DNA of 64,000 bases, from NCBI GenBank assembly GCA_963845515.1, contig CAWJSR010000049.1, positions 32,001 to 96,000 of the forward strand, given 5' to 3'. A model generated the notes under the pieces. The model saw nothing but the letters and a program-made list of their open reading frames with translations, did no database searches and was not told the DNA's origin. Shown here in pieces: positions 19,258 to 32,710 of this stretch. Within the stretch, counting starts at the first letter, position 1, and each line of letters begins with the position of its first letter. A program made the position numbers and the translations under genes. This DNA is from an uncultured delta proteobacterium (GTDB lineage Bacteria; Myxococcota; Myxococcia; Myxococcales; Anaeromyxobacteraceae).

Positions 19258-20130
19258 TCAGAAGCGCGCCCCGAGGCGCGCCTCGACGCGGGCGTTGGTC
19301 GTGCGGCTCCTGGGCTCCATGATCATGCTCGCGGGATCGACGGCGCTCTCCCCGAGCTCGAAGCGCGCTGCGTCGGCCTCGACCGCGAGGAACCACCTGC
19401 CGCCGAGGTCGATCCGGGAGGCGAGCGCGAGGCGCAGCCCCGGGCGTGCCCCGAGCGAGAGCTCGACCCGCTCCCCGTTCCAGTCCACCGCGAGCCGTGG
19501 CCGGAGCGCGTGGAAGACGCGGGCGTCCAGCTCCAGGTGGATCCCCGGGGCCTCGAGGAAGGCCCACCGGACTCCGGCCTGCAGCTCCCACCACGAGTAC
19601 TCCTCGTAGAGGCCGCTCACCGGGATCGTGGCGCCGCTGCGGGAGGTCACGGTCGTCCCGTGGATGTCCCGCTCCCAGTAGCGGGACGCGCCGCCGCCGT
19701 ACAGGGCGACGCGGTGCCGCTCGTCCAGCCAGCCTCCGGCGCGCGCCTCCGCAGACGCGAAGCCGGTCGCGGTCCTGGTCTCGACCGGCAGCTCGTCGTT
19801 GGCAGGGTTCGACGACTGCGTGCGGCCGTCGTAGGTGACCGAGCCCGAGGCCAGCGAACCCGCCGCGATCGCGAAGAGCCGCCCCGAGGCGAGCTCGGCC
19901 CGCAACGCCACGCCGGGCACCCATCCCCGCTCCCGGTCTATCGTCGCTCCGGTCCGGTAGTACTCCGCGTAGTCGAAGTGAACGACGGTCGGGCCGACCT
20001 CGACCGAGATCGTCGGCTCGTCCGCCCGGGCTGGCGGCGAAGCGAGCGCTGCCAGGGCCGCGGCGAGCCATAGGAAAGCCCCGGCGCCTGTGGGCGCCGG
20101 GGCTCTGGTTCGCGCAGGGAGCGTCGCCAC
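19258..20130 (-). CDS. Outer-membrane beta-barrel protein
   Basis: Signal peptide ending ARA, FDYAEY, alternating hydrophobic strands, EP.SRT motif, C-terminal Phe (LGARF). Confidence 0.7.
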   Translation of the reverse strand: MATLPARTRAPAPTGAGAFLWLAAALAALASPPARADEPTISVEVGPTVVHFDYAEYYRTGATIDRERGWVPGVALRAELASGRLFAIAAGSLASGSVTYDGRTQSSNPANDELPVETRTATGFASAEARAGGWLDERHRVALYGGGASRYWERDIHGTTVTSRSGATIPVSGLYEEYSWWELQAGVRWAFLEAPGIHLELDARVFHALRPRLAVDWNGERVELSLGARPGLRLALASRIDLGGRWFLAVEADAARFELGESAVDPASMIMEPRSRTTNARVEARLGARF

Positions 20131-20156
20131 GCCTGGCCGCTCCGCTCCCCGGTCGG

Positions 20157-21283
20157 CTAGGGGAAGCAGCCGCTGGAGTCGGCCTGGTTCAGGCAGCCCC
20201 AGGTCGTGTAGACCGGTCCGACGGTCCCGGCGCCGATGTCGTAGTAGATGGTGACGTTACCGGCGCTGTTCGTGGCGCGCCGGTCGCCAGACGCGGATGA
20301 AGTGCCCGCTGTCGTCCGAGAACTCGATCGTGCCGGAGCTCGGATAGGAGTCGTACTCTCCCTGGATGAAGGGCGCCGAGTTCTGGACGTTGAGGCAGCC
20401 ACCCATCTCGGTGGAGCAGAGCCGAACGGAGACGTCCGAGCTGATAGGCGTCGGGCCAGTCGTAGAGGCCATAGGGGTAGTACGCGCCCGACTCCATGGA
20501 GTAATGGCCGCCCGCGATCCCGGTGAGCTTCGCCGACTCGGTGGCCACCTTGTCGAACCCCGCCTCGAAGGAGATCCCGCTGCCGGACTCGCTCGACGTC
20601 AGCCAGCCGCTCGTGGCGTAGGGGTCGTCGGTCGTGAAGGTCATCGCGACGGTCATGTCGCCGTCGATGCCGGAGTAATAGCCGAGGTCGTCGACGATGA
20701 CGAAGTCGGAGATCAGGACGGTCATGCTGTAGATCACGCCAGGCGCCATCGTGGTCGGATCGCTGAAGAACGACGCTCCACCCGGACTCGCGCCGACGAT
20801 GACGGTCTCCGACCCGGCGATGATTCCATAGCCGGGACCGTCGTTGCAGGCGTTGAAGGTGACCGAGAACCTGTCGCCGGCGGAGACCGTGTAGCCGGAC
20901 GGATCGGCCATGGTGTAGCCGAGGGTGACCGAGCCGCTCACTGCGCACGCCTGCGTCTGCGAGTCAGTGACCCCTGAGACGACCGTGCCGCCGCCGGCGC
21001 GGAGCTTCGAGAGGGCCGCGAGGGCGGCCTTGACGGTCACCCCAGGCGCCGCGCTCCCGACGGCTACGACGCCCGTGTCCACCGAGGACGCCAAGGTCGT
21101 CACGCCGCCGTTGGCGGCGGTGACGAGCGAGCCGATGTTCGCGGTGCTCGTGATCGTGACGGTGGTGGTCGGGCCGGAGTAGCCGACGTCGATGTACGGA
21201 GGAGCGCCGCCGCCCCCGCCGCTGCCACAGCCGACGAGCGCCAGCGCTGCCGCAATGGAGAAGACATGATTGAAGAGCTTCAT
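20157..21283 (-). CDS. Ser/Thr/Gly-rich surface lipoprotein, two apparent frameshifts (~20440, ~20280)
   Basis: Lipobox LVGC-GSGGG; C..SGSVT, TFNACN; the C-terminal parts (YPSSGTIEF, TTWGCL) lie in successive frames. Confidence 0.7.
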
Positions 21284-21426
21284 GTGTATGTGCCCCCGTA
21301 TTCGGTGGATGGATCGGTGCGCCCTGACTTCACCGAGCGCAGACGGGATCCGTAGCCGAACGTGAAGGTGGGAGTCCACCCCACCACCCGTGCCATGTGC
21401 CGGAGGGTGTGATGGGGCGCACTCCG

Positions 21427-23502
<2,076 letters not shown>

Positions 23503-24546
23503 TCAGGCGTCCTTCGCCGCCGCCAGGAACGCGTCGTTCTCCGCCGGGGAGCCGACCGAGACCCGGATGCAACCCTCGAGGCCGCGGTAGTGGTCCTGCC
23601 GCCTGACGAGGATCCCCTGCGCGAGCAGGCGGTCGTAGGCCGCCTTCGCGTCCGGCGTCCGGATGAGGATGTAGTTTGCGGCGCTGGGGTAGGGCTTCCA
23701 GCGCGGGTGGCTCGAGAGGGCCGCGAAGACGCGCTCGCGCTCGGCGCGGATCCGCTCCACGAGCGGCGCGACGTAGCCCGGCTTCTCCAGCGCCGTGAGC
23801 AGGATCGCGGCAGTGTGGGCCGGGATCTGGAAGGGGGGCAGGAGCGCGCCCGCCACCGCGGCGACGCGCGGCGAGGCGAGCAGGTACCCGGCGCGGATGC
23901 CGCCCAGGCACCAGGACTTGGAGAAGGTCCTGAGCACGCCGACGCTCGGGTTCGCGCGCGCCAGCGGCCGGTAGTCGACGCCGGCGAAGGCCTGGTAGGC
24001 CTCGTCGACGATCAGGATCCAGCCGGTCTCGCGGGCGCAGTCGGCCAGCCGGTCGAGGTCGCTCCGCTCGAAGAGCTTCCCGGTGGGGCCGTGCGGGTTG
24101 GGGACGAAGAGGACCCCCGGCTTCGACGGCTCCATCTTCGCGAGGAGGTCCTCCACCGGCAGCGCGAAGCCGTCGAGGAGCGCGACGGCCTCCCAGGGGG
24201 TGCCGGCCGCGGCCGCGCCACCCTTGTAGTAGGGGAAGGCTGGGGCCGTATCGAGGACGCGGCTCGCCGCGCTGCAGAGGGCGAGGATCAGCAGGTTGGA
24301 GCCCGCCGAGAGGACGATCCCCTTCTCCGGCCAGTCCTCGTGGCGCGCGAGGGCGGCGCGCACCTCCTCGCCGTGGAGGTCCGGGTACCGGTTCCACGGG
24401 ATCGAGGCGAGCCGCTCGAGCGCCCGCGCCTTCAGCGGCTCGGGGAAGTCCTCGGGGCTCTCGTTCTGGTCGAGCTTGATGCGCGCGTCGACCTTCACGT
24501 ACGGGTAGTCGGCGATCTGGGCGAGGTGGGGCTTGAAGGCGTTCAC
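23503..24546 (-). CDS. hisC: Histidinol-phosphate aminotransferase
   Basis: KLDQNESP, NRYPD, VDEAY, RTFSK (PLP lysine), ANYIL, IRVSVG. Confidence 0.85.
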   Translation of the reverse strand: MNAFKPHLAQIADYPYVKVDARIKLDQNESPEDFPEPLKARALERLASIPWNRYPDLHGEEVRAALARHEDWPEKGIVLSAGSNLLILALCSAASRVLDTAPAFPYYKGGAAAAGTPWEAVALLDGFALPVEDLLAKMEPSKPGVLFVPNPHGPTGKLFERSDLDRLADCARETGWILIVDEAYQAFAGVDYRPLARANPSVGVLRTFSKSWCLGGIRAGYLLASPRVAAVAGALLPPFQIPAHTAAILLTALEKPGYVAPLVERIRAERERVFAALSSHPRWKPYPSAANYILIRTPDAKAAYDRLLAQGILVRRQDHYRGLEGCIRVSVGSPAENDAFLAAAKDA

Positions 24547-24601
24547 GGCGGCGGAAATTAGCAGCCTTCCGCGATGATGTCCCCCTTGCCCGTCCGACTG
24601 G

Positions 24602-25132
24602 TCAGCGCCGGCTTGCTTCCTTGGCCCGCAGGAGCCCGCGGACGCCCCACCCTGCGATGCCCGCGCCGATCAGCAGCATCGCGGCGAACGGGAGGAGGGC
24701 CAGGCGCAGGTACTTCGGCGTCGCGAGCGGCGTGAAGAGCCTGAGGGCGGTCGCCCCCTTCGCGTCCAGGCCGTACTGCGCCAGGTCGGCCATCGTCAGC
24801 GTCTCGGGGATGAAGGCGCCGCTCGGCTTCGACGCCGAGGCCGCCCCGCAGTCGACGACGCCGACGAACTGGGCCACGAACGGGTTTCCCAACCCCGCGT
24901 CGGTCGCGAGGAAGAACGTCAGCGCGTCCTTGTAGACGGCGCGCGTGTCGCAGCGGAGCTTCGCGTCGGTGAGCGTGACCCAGCGGCCGGCGACGGCGTC
25001 GCCCACCCTGGCTTCGACCGGGGAGGAGCCCGCGGACAGGAGCGCGGAGGCGAGCTTGGTCGTCGGCGAGAGCCCGGCCGTGAAGCCGATCAGGCCGGTC
25101 AGCGCCATCAGCAGATAGGTGAACTTGCCCAC
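24602..25132 (-). CDS. Hypothetical membrane protein
   Basis: GGAGAGGG upstream of GTG; N- and C-terminal hydrophobic helices. Confidence 0.65.
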   Translation of the reverse strand: MGKFTYLLMALTGLIGFTAGLSPTTKLASALLSAGSSPVEARVGDAVAGRWVTLTDAKLRCDTRAVYKDALTFFLATDAGLGNPFVAQFVGVVDCGAASASKPSGAFIPETLTMADLAQYGLDAKGATALRLFTPLATPKYLRLALLPFAAMLLIGAGIAGWGVRGLLRAKEASRR

Positions 25133-25167
25133 GCTCGCCCCCTCGCCGGCGCCGCCGGCCGCCGCGT

Positions 25168-26736
25168 TCAACGCCAGCTGCGCACGAACTCGACGAGCGT
25201 CCTGACGCCGAACCCGGTGCCGCCCTTCGCCACGTAACCGTACTCCTTCGGCGAGTGGGACGGACCGGCGATGTCGAGGTGGGCCCACGGCGTCTCGCCG
25301 GCGAAGGCGTGCAGGAAGTGGCCCGCGGCGATGGCGCCGCCCATCCGGTCCCCGACGTTCTTCAGGTCGGCGCGGTCGCTCTTGAGGTTCTCCTTGATCG
25401 ATTCGGTGAGCGGAAGCCGCCAGACCTCCTCGCCAGCCTCCCGGGCCGCCGCGGCGATCCCGTCGACCACCGGCCCGTCGGGGCCGATGAGGCCGGCGGT
25501 GGTCAGCCCCAGCGCCACCATGCACGCGCCGGTGAGGGTGGCGACGTCGACCATCGCCGCGGGCTTCAGCGTCTTCTCCGCCCAGGCGATCACGTCGCCG
25601 AGCACCAGCCGCCCCTCGGCGTCGGTGTTCATGATCTCGACCGTCTTGCCGTTGAAGGCGCGCAGCACGTCGCTGGGCTTGTAGGCGCGGCCGCCCGGCA
25701 TGTTCTCGCAGGCGCCGAAGACGGCGTGGACCGGGAACGGGGGGGCGAGCTCGGCGATCACCTTCATCGCGGCGACGACCGCTGCCGCGCCGGCCATGTC
25801 GGTGTGCATCGTCGGCATGGAGTCGGCCGGCTTGAGCGACAGGCCGCCCGAGTCGAACGTGAGCGCCTTCCCGACCAGGACGACCGGGGGCCGCTTCGCC
25901 GTGACCCCCTTCGGCGCGTAGCTCAGCTTCACGAGGCGCGGCGGCTCGGCCGAGCCGCGGGTGACGCCCAGGAACATCCCCATCTTGAGGGCCGCGATCT
26001 GCCTGGGCCCCTGCACCTCGCACTTGAGCCCGGCCTCGCGGGCGAGCGCCCGCGCCGCGTCGGCGAGTCGGGACGGCGTGCAGTCGGCCGGCCCGAGGTT
26101 CACGAGGTCGCGCGCCCACGAGATGGCCTCGGCGAGCGAGACGCCCAGCCGGATGGCGGCGGCCACCTCCGGATCCTCCTCGGCGCCGGGCGGCAGGGCC
26201 AGCGCGAGCCCCTCCACCTCGCCGTCGCCGCTGGGCGACTTGTAGGCGTCGAACCGGTAGAGGCCGAGGAGCGCCCCTTCGACGGCCGCGCGCGCGGCGG
26301 GCGCGATCTCGCTCTTCGCGACCGGGACCGCGACGGCGAGCGTCCTGGCCCGGACCTTGGCGGCTGCACGCGCCGCGACGCCAGCCGCGGTGCGGAGCGG
26401 CTCGAACCCGGTGGCGGGCCACCTGACCGCGGCGGCGCCGCGCGAGCCCATCCCGAGGAGGAGGATCCGCTCCGCCTTGCCGCGCCCGAGCGTCGGGAGG
26501 AGGAGCTGCTGCTCCGGCTTCCCCTCGAACTTCTCGCTCGCCACGGCGGCGAAGAGCGCTCCACCGAGGGTCCGGTCGAGCGCCAGGAGGGCGACCTGCC
26601 CGCCGTCGTCCAGATCCTCCTGGAAGACCGGGATGGCGAGGAGCCCGCACTCGATCTCCTGGATCGCGGTCGCCGCCGTGCCGATCCCACCGCCGCGCCT
26701 GGGGCGCGTCCTGCTGCCACCCGCCGTCCTGACCAT
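25168..26736 (-). CDS. pepA: Leucyl aminopeptidase (M17)
   Basis: [39 protein letters not shown]. Confidence 0.95.
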   Translation of the reverse strand: MVRTAGGSRTRPRRGGGIGTAATAIQEIECGLLAIPVFQEDLDDGGQVALLALDRTLGGALFAAVASEKFEGKPEQQLLLPTLGRGKAERILLLGMGSRGAAAVRWPATGFEPLRTAAGVAARAAAKVRARTLAVAVPVAKSEIAPAARAAVEGALLGLYRFDAYKSPSGDGEVEGLALALPPGAEEDPEVAAAIRLGVSLAEAISWARDLVNLGPADCTPSRLADAARALAREAGLKCEVQGPRQIAALKMGMFLGVTRGSAEPPRLVKLSYAPKGVTAKRPPVVLVGKALTFDSGGLSLKPADSMPTMHTDMAGAAAVVAAMKVIAELAPPFPVHAVFGACENMPGGRAYKPSDVLRAFNGKTVEIMNTDAEGRLVLGDVIAWAEKTLKPAAMVDVATLTGACMVALGLTTAGLIGPDGPVVDGIAAAAREAGEEVWRLPLTESIKENLKSDRADLKNVGDRMGGAIAAGHFLHAFAGETPWAHLDIAGPSHSPKEYGYVAKGGTGFGVRTLVEFVRSWR

Positions 26737-26797
26737 GCTCGCCTCCGCCGCCGCGCCGTGATCGCGCCGGTGCGGCGAGCATTAGCACGAGTCGGGC

Positions 26798-28715
26798 TCA
26801 GGGGGCGGGGTCGACCTGCGCCGCCTCGATGCGCCTGGCGGCCTCGGCGGCGTCCGTCGCCCCGCAGGCGGGCGCGCGCTGGGCGCGGCCGAAGATCCCG
26901 CTCTTCGTCTCCTTCTGCGCCTTCGACGCCTCGAGCAGCGCCGGGAGTGCGCCGGGGTCGCCGATCTCGCCGAGCCTCCGGGCAGCGGCGCGCCTGACCT
27001 CGCAGTCGCTCTCCTTGAGCAGCCCTCCGTACGCGGCCATCCGATCGACGCGCTCCTCGGCCCCCATGTCGCGCGCCAGGGTCAGGGCTCGCAGCCGCCG
27101 CGCCGGTGGCCCCTCGGCGGTCGCGTCGAGGACGGCGGGAAGGGCGGCGTCCCCGATCCGGACGAGGAGGTGGCTCGCGCGATCGGCGGTGGCGCGATCC
27201 AGCCCGAGGTCGGACGCCAGGTTGGTGAGGGCCTCTTCGTCGAGCACGCCCGCCGCGTGGGCGGCGGCATACGCCTCGACGCCGGCGCCGGCCTGCCCCG
27301 TAAGCCCGTGCAGGGCGTGACCCAGGAGCAGCCTGAGCTCGGGGTCGTCCGGGTAGCGGCCGAGCTCGTCCCGCAGGATCTCCGCCGCCTCCTGGAGCTT
27401 CCCACTGCGCATGAACCCGCGCGCCTCGCCGGGGACCCGGTCGTGGCGGATCGTCACGGTGAGCCAGACCCCGCCCGCGAGGAGCAGCGCGGCGGGCACG
27501 CCGTAGCGCGCCGCCGGATGGCGCCACAGCCATCGCCAGCCGCTCCCGACCCTTCCGGCCGCGCGCGCGATGGGCTCGGTGGTCAGCGCCAGCACCGAGT
27601 ACCAGCTCTGGCTCGCGTAGGCGCGAAGGCGGGCGAAGTGGAACTGGCGCTCCAGCGTGGGGCTGTGCTCCACCGCCGGGGTGCTGGTGGCCCCCCCCTC
27701 GGAGTCGAGGCCGCTCGGCGGCTGGAGGTCGAAGACCGCGCGCGGGACCGGCGGGATGGTCAGGGGCCGCCCCGGGGTGAGCGTGGGGGCCGGTGGCGGG
27801 GGCGGCACGAAGAGCGGGCCGATGGACGTGGCGAAGTCGGCCTTGAGGGCGGTGGCGTTGAGGTGGCGCTCGGTCAGCTCCTTGGCGCACGCGCGGGAGA
27901 CCGCGGCCACGAGCGCTGGGAACCGTGCCAGCTCCGGCCGCTCGTCGCTGATGGGCGGCAGCGCCTGGAGCGCGTGGGCCATGATGAGCGCGCGCGGCTC
28001 GTTCGGCAGGAACGGGTGGCGCCCGACGAGCGTCCGCCAGGCGATGATCCCGACGGAGTAGAGGTCTGCACGGCCGTCGACCTGCCCGCCCACCGCCTGC
28101 TCCGGGGAGAGGTACTCGGGGGTGCCGACGACCATCCCGGCGGCGGTCGCGCTGGAGCTGGTGGGCTCCAGGAACTTGGCGATCCCGAAGTCGAGGAGCT
28201 TCACCGCCTCGCGGCCATCGGCCAGGCGCGCGAGGAAGACGTTCTCCGGCTTGAGGTCGCGGTGGACGACGCTGAGCGCGTGCGCGGCCTCGAGGGCCGA
28301 GCAGAATCTGCCAGAAGATGGGGACCGCCTCCTCGGGCGGCAAGAGCACCTCGCGGCGGAGCCGCTCGAAGAGGCTCTCCCCCTCCAGCAGCTCCATGAC
28401 GAGGAACAGGTAGCCCTCCGGGCTTCGCCCGAAGTCGGTGACTCGCACGATGTTCTCGTCCTCGAGCCGTGCAGCGATCTCGGCCTCCTGCCGGAACCGC
28501 TCGACGAGATCCTTCGCCGCGGTCAGGTCGGGACGCATCACCTTGACGGCGACGTCCTTTCGCAGCGGGACGTGGCGCGCGCGGAAGACCGCCCCCATCC
28601 CGCCGGTGGCGAGGTGAGCCGTCAGCTCGTAGCGCCCGTCGAGCGTCGTGCCGACGAGCAGTCGCGGCTCCCAGGAACCGTTGTCTATCTGTGGGTTCTC
28701 GGCCACGGAGCGCAT
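26798..28715 (-). CDS. Ser/Thr protein kinase with TM, TPR and HEAT-like C-terminus; apparent +1 frameshift near 28305
   Basis: [25 protein letters not shown] (next frame), [40 protein letters not shown] repeat. Confidence 0.85.
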
Positions 28716-28822
28716 GATAGTACCGCGAGTGGGAGGCGGACCCCACGCTACTGTAGTGCGGCCGATCGGCGCCGTCCCGCGTTGGCGGGACCAGGGCCGG
28801 AATCGCGGTGCCGGGCCGAGCG

Positions 28823-29189
28823 CTACTGCTCGGGCTTCGAGCCGTGCCGGGCGGTGACGACCGTGTGGATGCCGCCGCGCACGTAGAAGTCGCCGACCAC
28901 CTCGAGCCAGCGCGGCTCGACGGCGCGCACGCAGGTCGTCGCAGATCCGGTTGGTGACCGCCTCGTGGAACGCCCCCTCGTCTCGGAAGCTCCAGAGGTA
29001 GAGCTTGAGGCTCTTCAGCTCCACGCACTTCGCGGCCGGGACGTACCGGATCCGGATGGTGGCGAAGTCGGGCTGCCCGGTCTTCGGGCAGAGGCAGGTG
29101 AACTCTGGGCACTCGAACGAGATCTCGAACGGGCGCTCCGGCTTCGGGTTCGGGAACGTCTCGAGGTCGCGGCTGGGCTTCGAAGGCAT
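28823..29189 (-). CDS. queF: preQ1 synthase (7-cyano-7-deazaguanine reductase), apparent +1 frameshift near 28932
   Basis: [30 protein letters not shown]-terminus [11 protein letters not shown] in the next frame; span is 367 nt (3n+1). Confidence 0.9.
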
Positions 29190-29245
29190 GGTCGGCGGAC
29201 GTTTAGCCTCTTTGGGAGCGCCGGCGCAAGCCGCCGGCGGGCGCC

Positions 29246-30637
29246 CTACCGGAGGTAGAGCGAGACCCCGAGCCATGGCAGGGGCGCGATCTTGCGCTCA
29301 CCCGTGTCGTGCTCCGTGTAGCGCGTGAACAGCACCGCAGTGTCGAGCTTCGCGGCGACATGGCCGGTGCGGGCGAGCCCGAAGCGCGTCCGGTAGACCA
29401 GCGTCCGCATCCCCAGCACGAACCAGTCCGAACCCGGCGAGATGAGGTACTCGGACATGAACCGGACGTGGTTCCCGGCCGCCGCCTCGACGCTCAGCCA
29501 TGGGACGGCGATCGTGGGGACGCGGTCGGTGGTCCGGCTCGTGCTGCTCGCGCTGTCTCCGAAGGTGTCGGCTACGTAGAACCCCTTGGATTGCGGGATG
29601 AAGTTGTGGTTGTCGAGGACGTAGAGGCCGGCGCCTACCTGGAGCCAGTCGCGGAAGTGCTTCGCGACGCTCGCCGTGAGGAGGTTGAACTGGAGGTTGA
29701 AGCCGGCGGCGCCGCCCGCGGCGGCCGCGGCGACGCCCTTCCCGAGGAGCGCCACCCCGCCGCCGCCGAGCGCGCCGCCCCAGACGTTGACCATGTCGTA
29801 GGAGGCGGCGACCCCCGGCCACGCGGGTCCCTCCTCGAGCACCTTCACCTTCACGCCCAGGTTGAGGACGCCGATGACCCCGAAGCCGGCGACGCCACCG
29901 GCGGCGACGCCGCCGCCGCCGGCGATCGCGCCCGCGGCCGCCACCGGGACGGGGAGCGCGCCGAGCGTGACGTCGGCCTGCAGCCACTCCCTGATCCCCC
30001 GGCCGAGGTGGAAGACGAGCGCCTCGTCGTTCGAGAGGACCCACTCGCCGGGCGGGATGAGGTTCGGCGTGGAGGTGAGCAGGAGCCGCTCGTCGGCCAC
30101 GCGGCGGGTGAACCACCGCTCCCGCTGCCGCGCGATCTCACGCCCCATCGCCTCCCCGGCCTCCTCGCCCGCGAAGCCTGCCTCGCTGTCGCCGCCGAAG
30201 CCGTCCCAGAAGAGGGCGCCCACCGGCCTGGGGCGCTCGCGCGCCTCGAGCAGCAGCGCGAGCCGGACCCGCGACGCGTTGTAGGCCCTGCTCCCCGACT
30301 GGAGGAGCCCGACGGCGCCCTTGCCGGCGCTCCCGAGCAGGCTCCCGCCGGTGCGCAGCGCTCCGCCGCCGGCGATCTCCTCGTCCGCGGAGAGGACGCG
30401 GGTCCGCAGGACGAGGGCGCTCGGGTCGGACGGGTCGACGGTCGCGACTCCCGACTTCGCCAGCCCCGCGGCGACTCCAGCGTGCGCGACCTGATCGGCG
30501 GTGGAGTCCCCGGCTGGAGGTGCGAGGGCGATCGGCCGTTCCCGCTCCGGACCGAGCGCCCGGACCTGCATGGTGCTGACACCGGAGCAGCCCGCGAGGA
30601 CGAGCGAGGCGCTGGTCGCGACGATGAAGATCCTCAT
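29246..30637 (-). CDS. Hypothetical lipoprotein with a beta-barrel-like C-terminal domain
   Basis: Lipobox LAGC; C-terminal amphipathic strands ending [10 protein letters not shown]. Confidence 0.65.
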   Translation of the reverse strand: MRIFIVATSASLVLAGCSGVSTMQVRALGPERERPIALAPPAGDSTADQVAHAGVAAGLAKSGVATVDPSDPSALVLRTRVLSADEEIAGGGALRTGGSLLGSAGKGAVGLLQSGSRAYNASRVRLALLLEARERPRPVGALFWDGFGGDSEAGFAGEEAGEAMGREIARQRERWFTRRVADERLLLTSTPNLIPPGEWVLSNDEALVFHLGRGIREWLQADVTLGALPVPVAAAGAIAGGGGVAAGGVAGFGVIGVLNLGVKVKVLEEGPAWPGVAASYDMVNVWGGALGGGGVALLGKGVAAAAAGGAAGFNLQFNLLTASVAKHFRDWLQVGAGLYVLDNHNFIPQSKGFYVADTFGDSASSTSRTTDRVPTIAVPWLSVEAAAGNHVRFMSEYLISPGSDWFVLGMRTLVYRTRFGLARTGHVAAKLDTAVLFTRYTEHDTGERKIAPLPWLGVSLYLR

Positions 30638-30736
30638 GACGTACACCCCTCTGGCGGAAGCCGGCGGGTGACCGTAAACGTCCTCTTGAGCTTCGGCAAC
30701 AGGCGCGGTGGCCGGGCGCACGTTAACCAAGACGGC

Positions 30737-31087
30737 ATGGACTGGAACAACCGCCACTGCGTCCCGTGTGAGGGGGGCACTCCGAAGATGTCGCCGGAGG
30801 CTGCCGGCGAGGGGCTGCGGACCCTCGGCGGCTGGGAGGCACGGGATGGCGCCACCCGGATCCACCGCGACTTCCGGTTCCGCGACTTCAAGGAGGCCAT
30901 GCGCTTCGTGGATGCGCTGGCCGTCGTCGCCGAGGCCGAGGGGCACCACCCCGACTTCAGCGTCCACTACAGCGCGGTGGACGTGGAGCTCTGGACGCAC
31001 GCCATCGGCGGCCTCTCCGAGAACGACTTCATCGTCGCGGCCAGGCTCGACGCGCTGCCGGAGGCGGCGGCCGCCGCGCGCCCGTGA
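30737..31087 (+). CDS. phhB: Pterin-4-alpha-carbinolamine dehydratase
   Basis: CVPCEGG, F.DFKEAMRF, AEAEGHHPD, WTHAIGGLSENDFIVAA. Confidence 0.9.
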   Translation: MDWNNRHCVPCEGGTPKMSPEAAGEGLRTLGGWEARDGATRIHRDFRFRDFKEAMRFVDALAVVAEAEGHHPDFSVHYSAVDVELWTHAIGGLSENDFIVAARLDALPEAAAAARP

Positions 31088-31169
31088 CGGGGCAAGGGGG
31101 CGCCTGCGCGGGCCGCTTCACCTGCGGCCCGACCTGAGGCAGACTCCCGCCCTCATGGAGGTTTTCGTG

Positions 31170-31424
31170 ATGAAGACGCTCGCCAGCGCGGCCCTCGCGG
31201 CCATCGTGGTCTCCGGCGCTGCCCTCGCCGACGCTCCCGCTCCTGCGACCACGCCCCCCGCCGCGACCACGGCGACGCCGCCCGCGGTCGCGCCGGCGCC
31301 GCCACGGGCGCCGGCGAAGAAGAAGCAGAAGGCCGGGACGGACGCTCCCCGGAGCGTGCCGCCCCCCGCCGCGGCCTCGAAGGAAGCTCCCTGCGAGCCC
31401 GTGAAGCCCTGCCCGATCGAATGA
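31170..31424 (+). CDS. Small secreted Pro/Ala-rich peptide with a C-terminal Cys pair
   Basis: GGAGG RBS; signal peptide MKTLASAALAAIVVSGAALA; ends PCEPVKPCPIE; ATGA overlap with the next gene. Confidence 0.7.
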   Translation: MKTLASAALAAIVVSGAALADAPAPATTPPAATTATPPAVAPAPPRAPAKKKQKAGTDAPRSVPPPAAASKEAPCEPVKPCPIE

Positions 31425-32518
31425 ACGCCCGGCTTCGTCCTCCCCTCGTCGCTGCCCTGGTCCTGGCGGCGGCAGGGCTCCTCCTCTCCGTGCTGCTCGC
31501 GCGCCAGCACGTGTCGGCGCACGCCGGGATCGCCAGCGCGTGCAACATCAACGAGTTCGTGAACTGCGATCGGGTCGCCACGAGCGCGTACTCGGTCTTC
31601 CTGGGGCTCCCGGTCGCGGTCTGGGGGATCTTCGGCTACGGGCTCGCGCTCATCCTCGCGGTCTTCGGGCTGAGCGGACGGCGGCCGCACGCGAGCTGGC
31701 CGGCGGGGTTCCTCTTCGCCGTCGCGAGCGTCGCGTCGGCGGTGGCGGTAGGGCTGGCGCTCCTCTCGGAGCTGGCCATCGGGGCGCTCTGCCTCTACTG
31801 CGCCGGCTCCTGGGCGGTCTCCTTCGCCCTGCTCGTCACCGCGTGGCGGGCCTGCCGCCCTGAAGGGATCCTCGCCGCGCTGCGCGCGGACCTGGCCCTC
31901 CTCCGCGCGCGCCCCGGGCGCACGGCAGGGTTCGCGATCGCGGCGGTCGCGCTCGTCGCCCTGGCCGCGCGCGCCCAGCCCCGGTACTGGGACAGGCCAC
32001 CGCCCGCGCCGGTCCTGTCCTCGGCACCCCCGGTCTCCGGGCCGCCGGTCGTCTTCGAGTTCAGCGACTACGAGTGCCCGTTCTGCGCCAAGGCGCACGA
32101 GGAGCTGAAGGCGCTCCTCGCCACCCGGCCGGACATCACGCTGGTGAAGCGCCACTTCCCGCTCGACTCCTCCTGCAACCCCCTCATGAAGCGTCCCATG
32201 CATCCGCGGGCGTGCGCGCTTGCGCGGGCCGCCATCTGCGCCGAGCAGCAGGGGCGCTTCACCGAGATGGACGACGCGCTCTTCGGGAACCAGCAGGCCA
32301 GGCGTTCGGTGGAGGAGCTCGCCGGCAAGGTCGGGCTCGACGTGGCGCGCTTCCGTGCCTGCCTGGTCGACCCGGAGACGACCCGCCGCCTCTCCAGCGA
32401 CGTCGCGACGGGCATCCAGATCGGGCTCGCGGCCACGCCGACCTACGTCGTGAACGGCGTCCAGTACACCGGCAGCCTGCCCGCGACGGCGCTGCCTCCC
32501 CCAAGGCCGATTCCCTAG
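31421..32518 (+). CDS. VKOR-DsbA/thioredoxin fusion (disulfide-bond formation)
   Basis: VKOR: C.INEFVNCDRV..S.YS.FLGLPVA.WG, LCLYC. DsbA: FSDYECPFC, HFPLDSSCN, ATPTYVVNG. Confidence 0.9.
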   Translation: MNARLRPPLVAALVLAAAGLLLSVLLARQHVSAHAGIASACNINEFVNCDRVATSAYSVFLGLPVAVWGIFGYGLALILAVFGLSGRRPHASWPAGFLFAVASVASAVAVGLALLSELAIGALCLYCAGSWAVSFALLVTAWRACRPEGILAALRADLALLRARPGRTAGFAIAAVALVALAARAQPRYWDRPPPAPVLSSAPPVSGPPVVFEFSDYECPFCAKAHEELKALLATRPDITLVKRHFPLDSSCNPLMKRPMHPRACALARAAICAEQQGRFTEMDDALFGNQQARRSVEELAGKVGLDVARFRACLVDPETTRRLSSDVATGIQIGLAATPTYVVNGVQYTGSLPATALPPPRPIP

Positions 32519-32710
32519 CAGGCCGCCTGCCACGTCGTCGCCGCCGTCGGCGAGGAAGGCGGCGCGCGAAGAGAGAAGCCGGGACCCCGCGTGAAGTATC
32601 GGGCTGCCGAGCACGGCGCCCGATGACCGGGCGGCCGCGCTCGCGGTGAAGACGCACCTACGGACTCCACCCTTCAACGCCGATGCGGTGCATCGGCGGA
32701 GGAAACCTGC

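Noticed and set aside
18923..21283. Porin-cytochrome electron conduit (c7 + barrel + lipoprotein)
   Set aside because: The cytochrome is convergent with the barrel gene, and the lipoprotein has no CxxCH motifs.
21380..21395. Sigma-54 promoter upstream of the lipoprotein gene (minus strand TGGCACG)
   Set aside because: The -24 box is perfect but the -12 position reads GTGGG, lacking the required GC.
28823..29189. Programmed frameshifting or true pseudogene status for queF and the other split genes
   Set aside because: No slippery heptamers, and the same single-base insertion pattern hits many unrelated genes, so sequencing error is more parsimonious.
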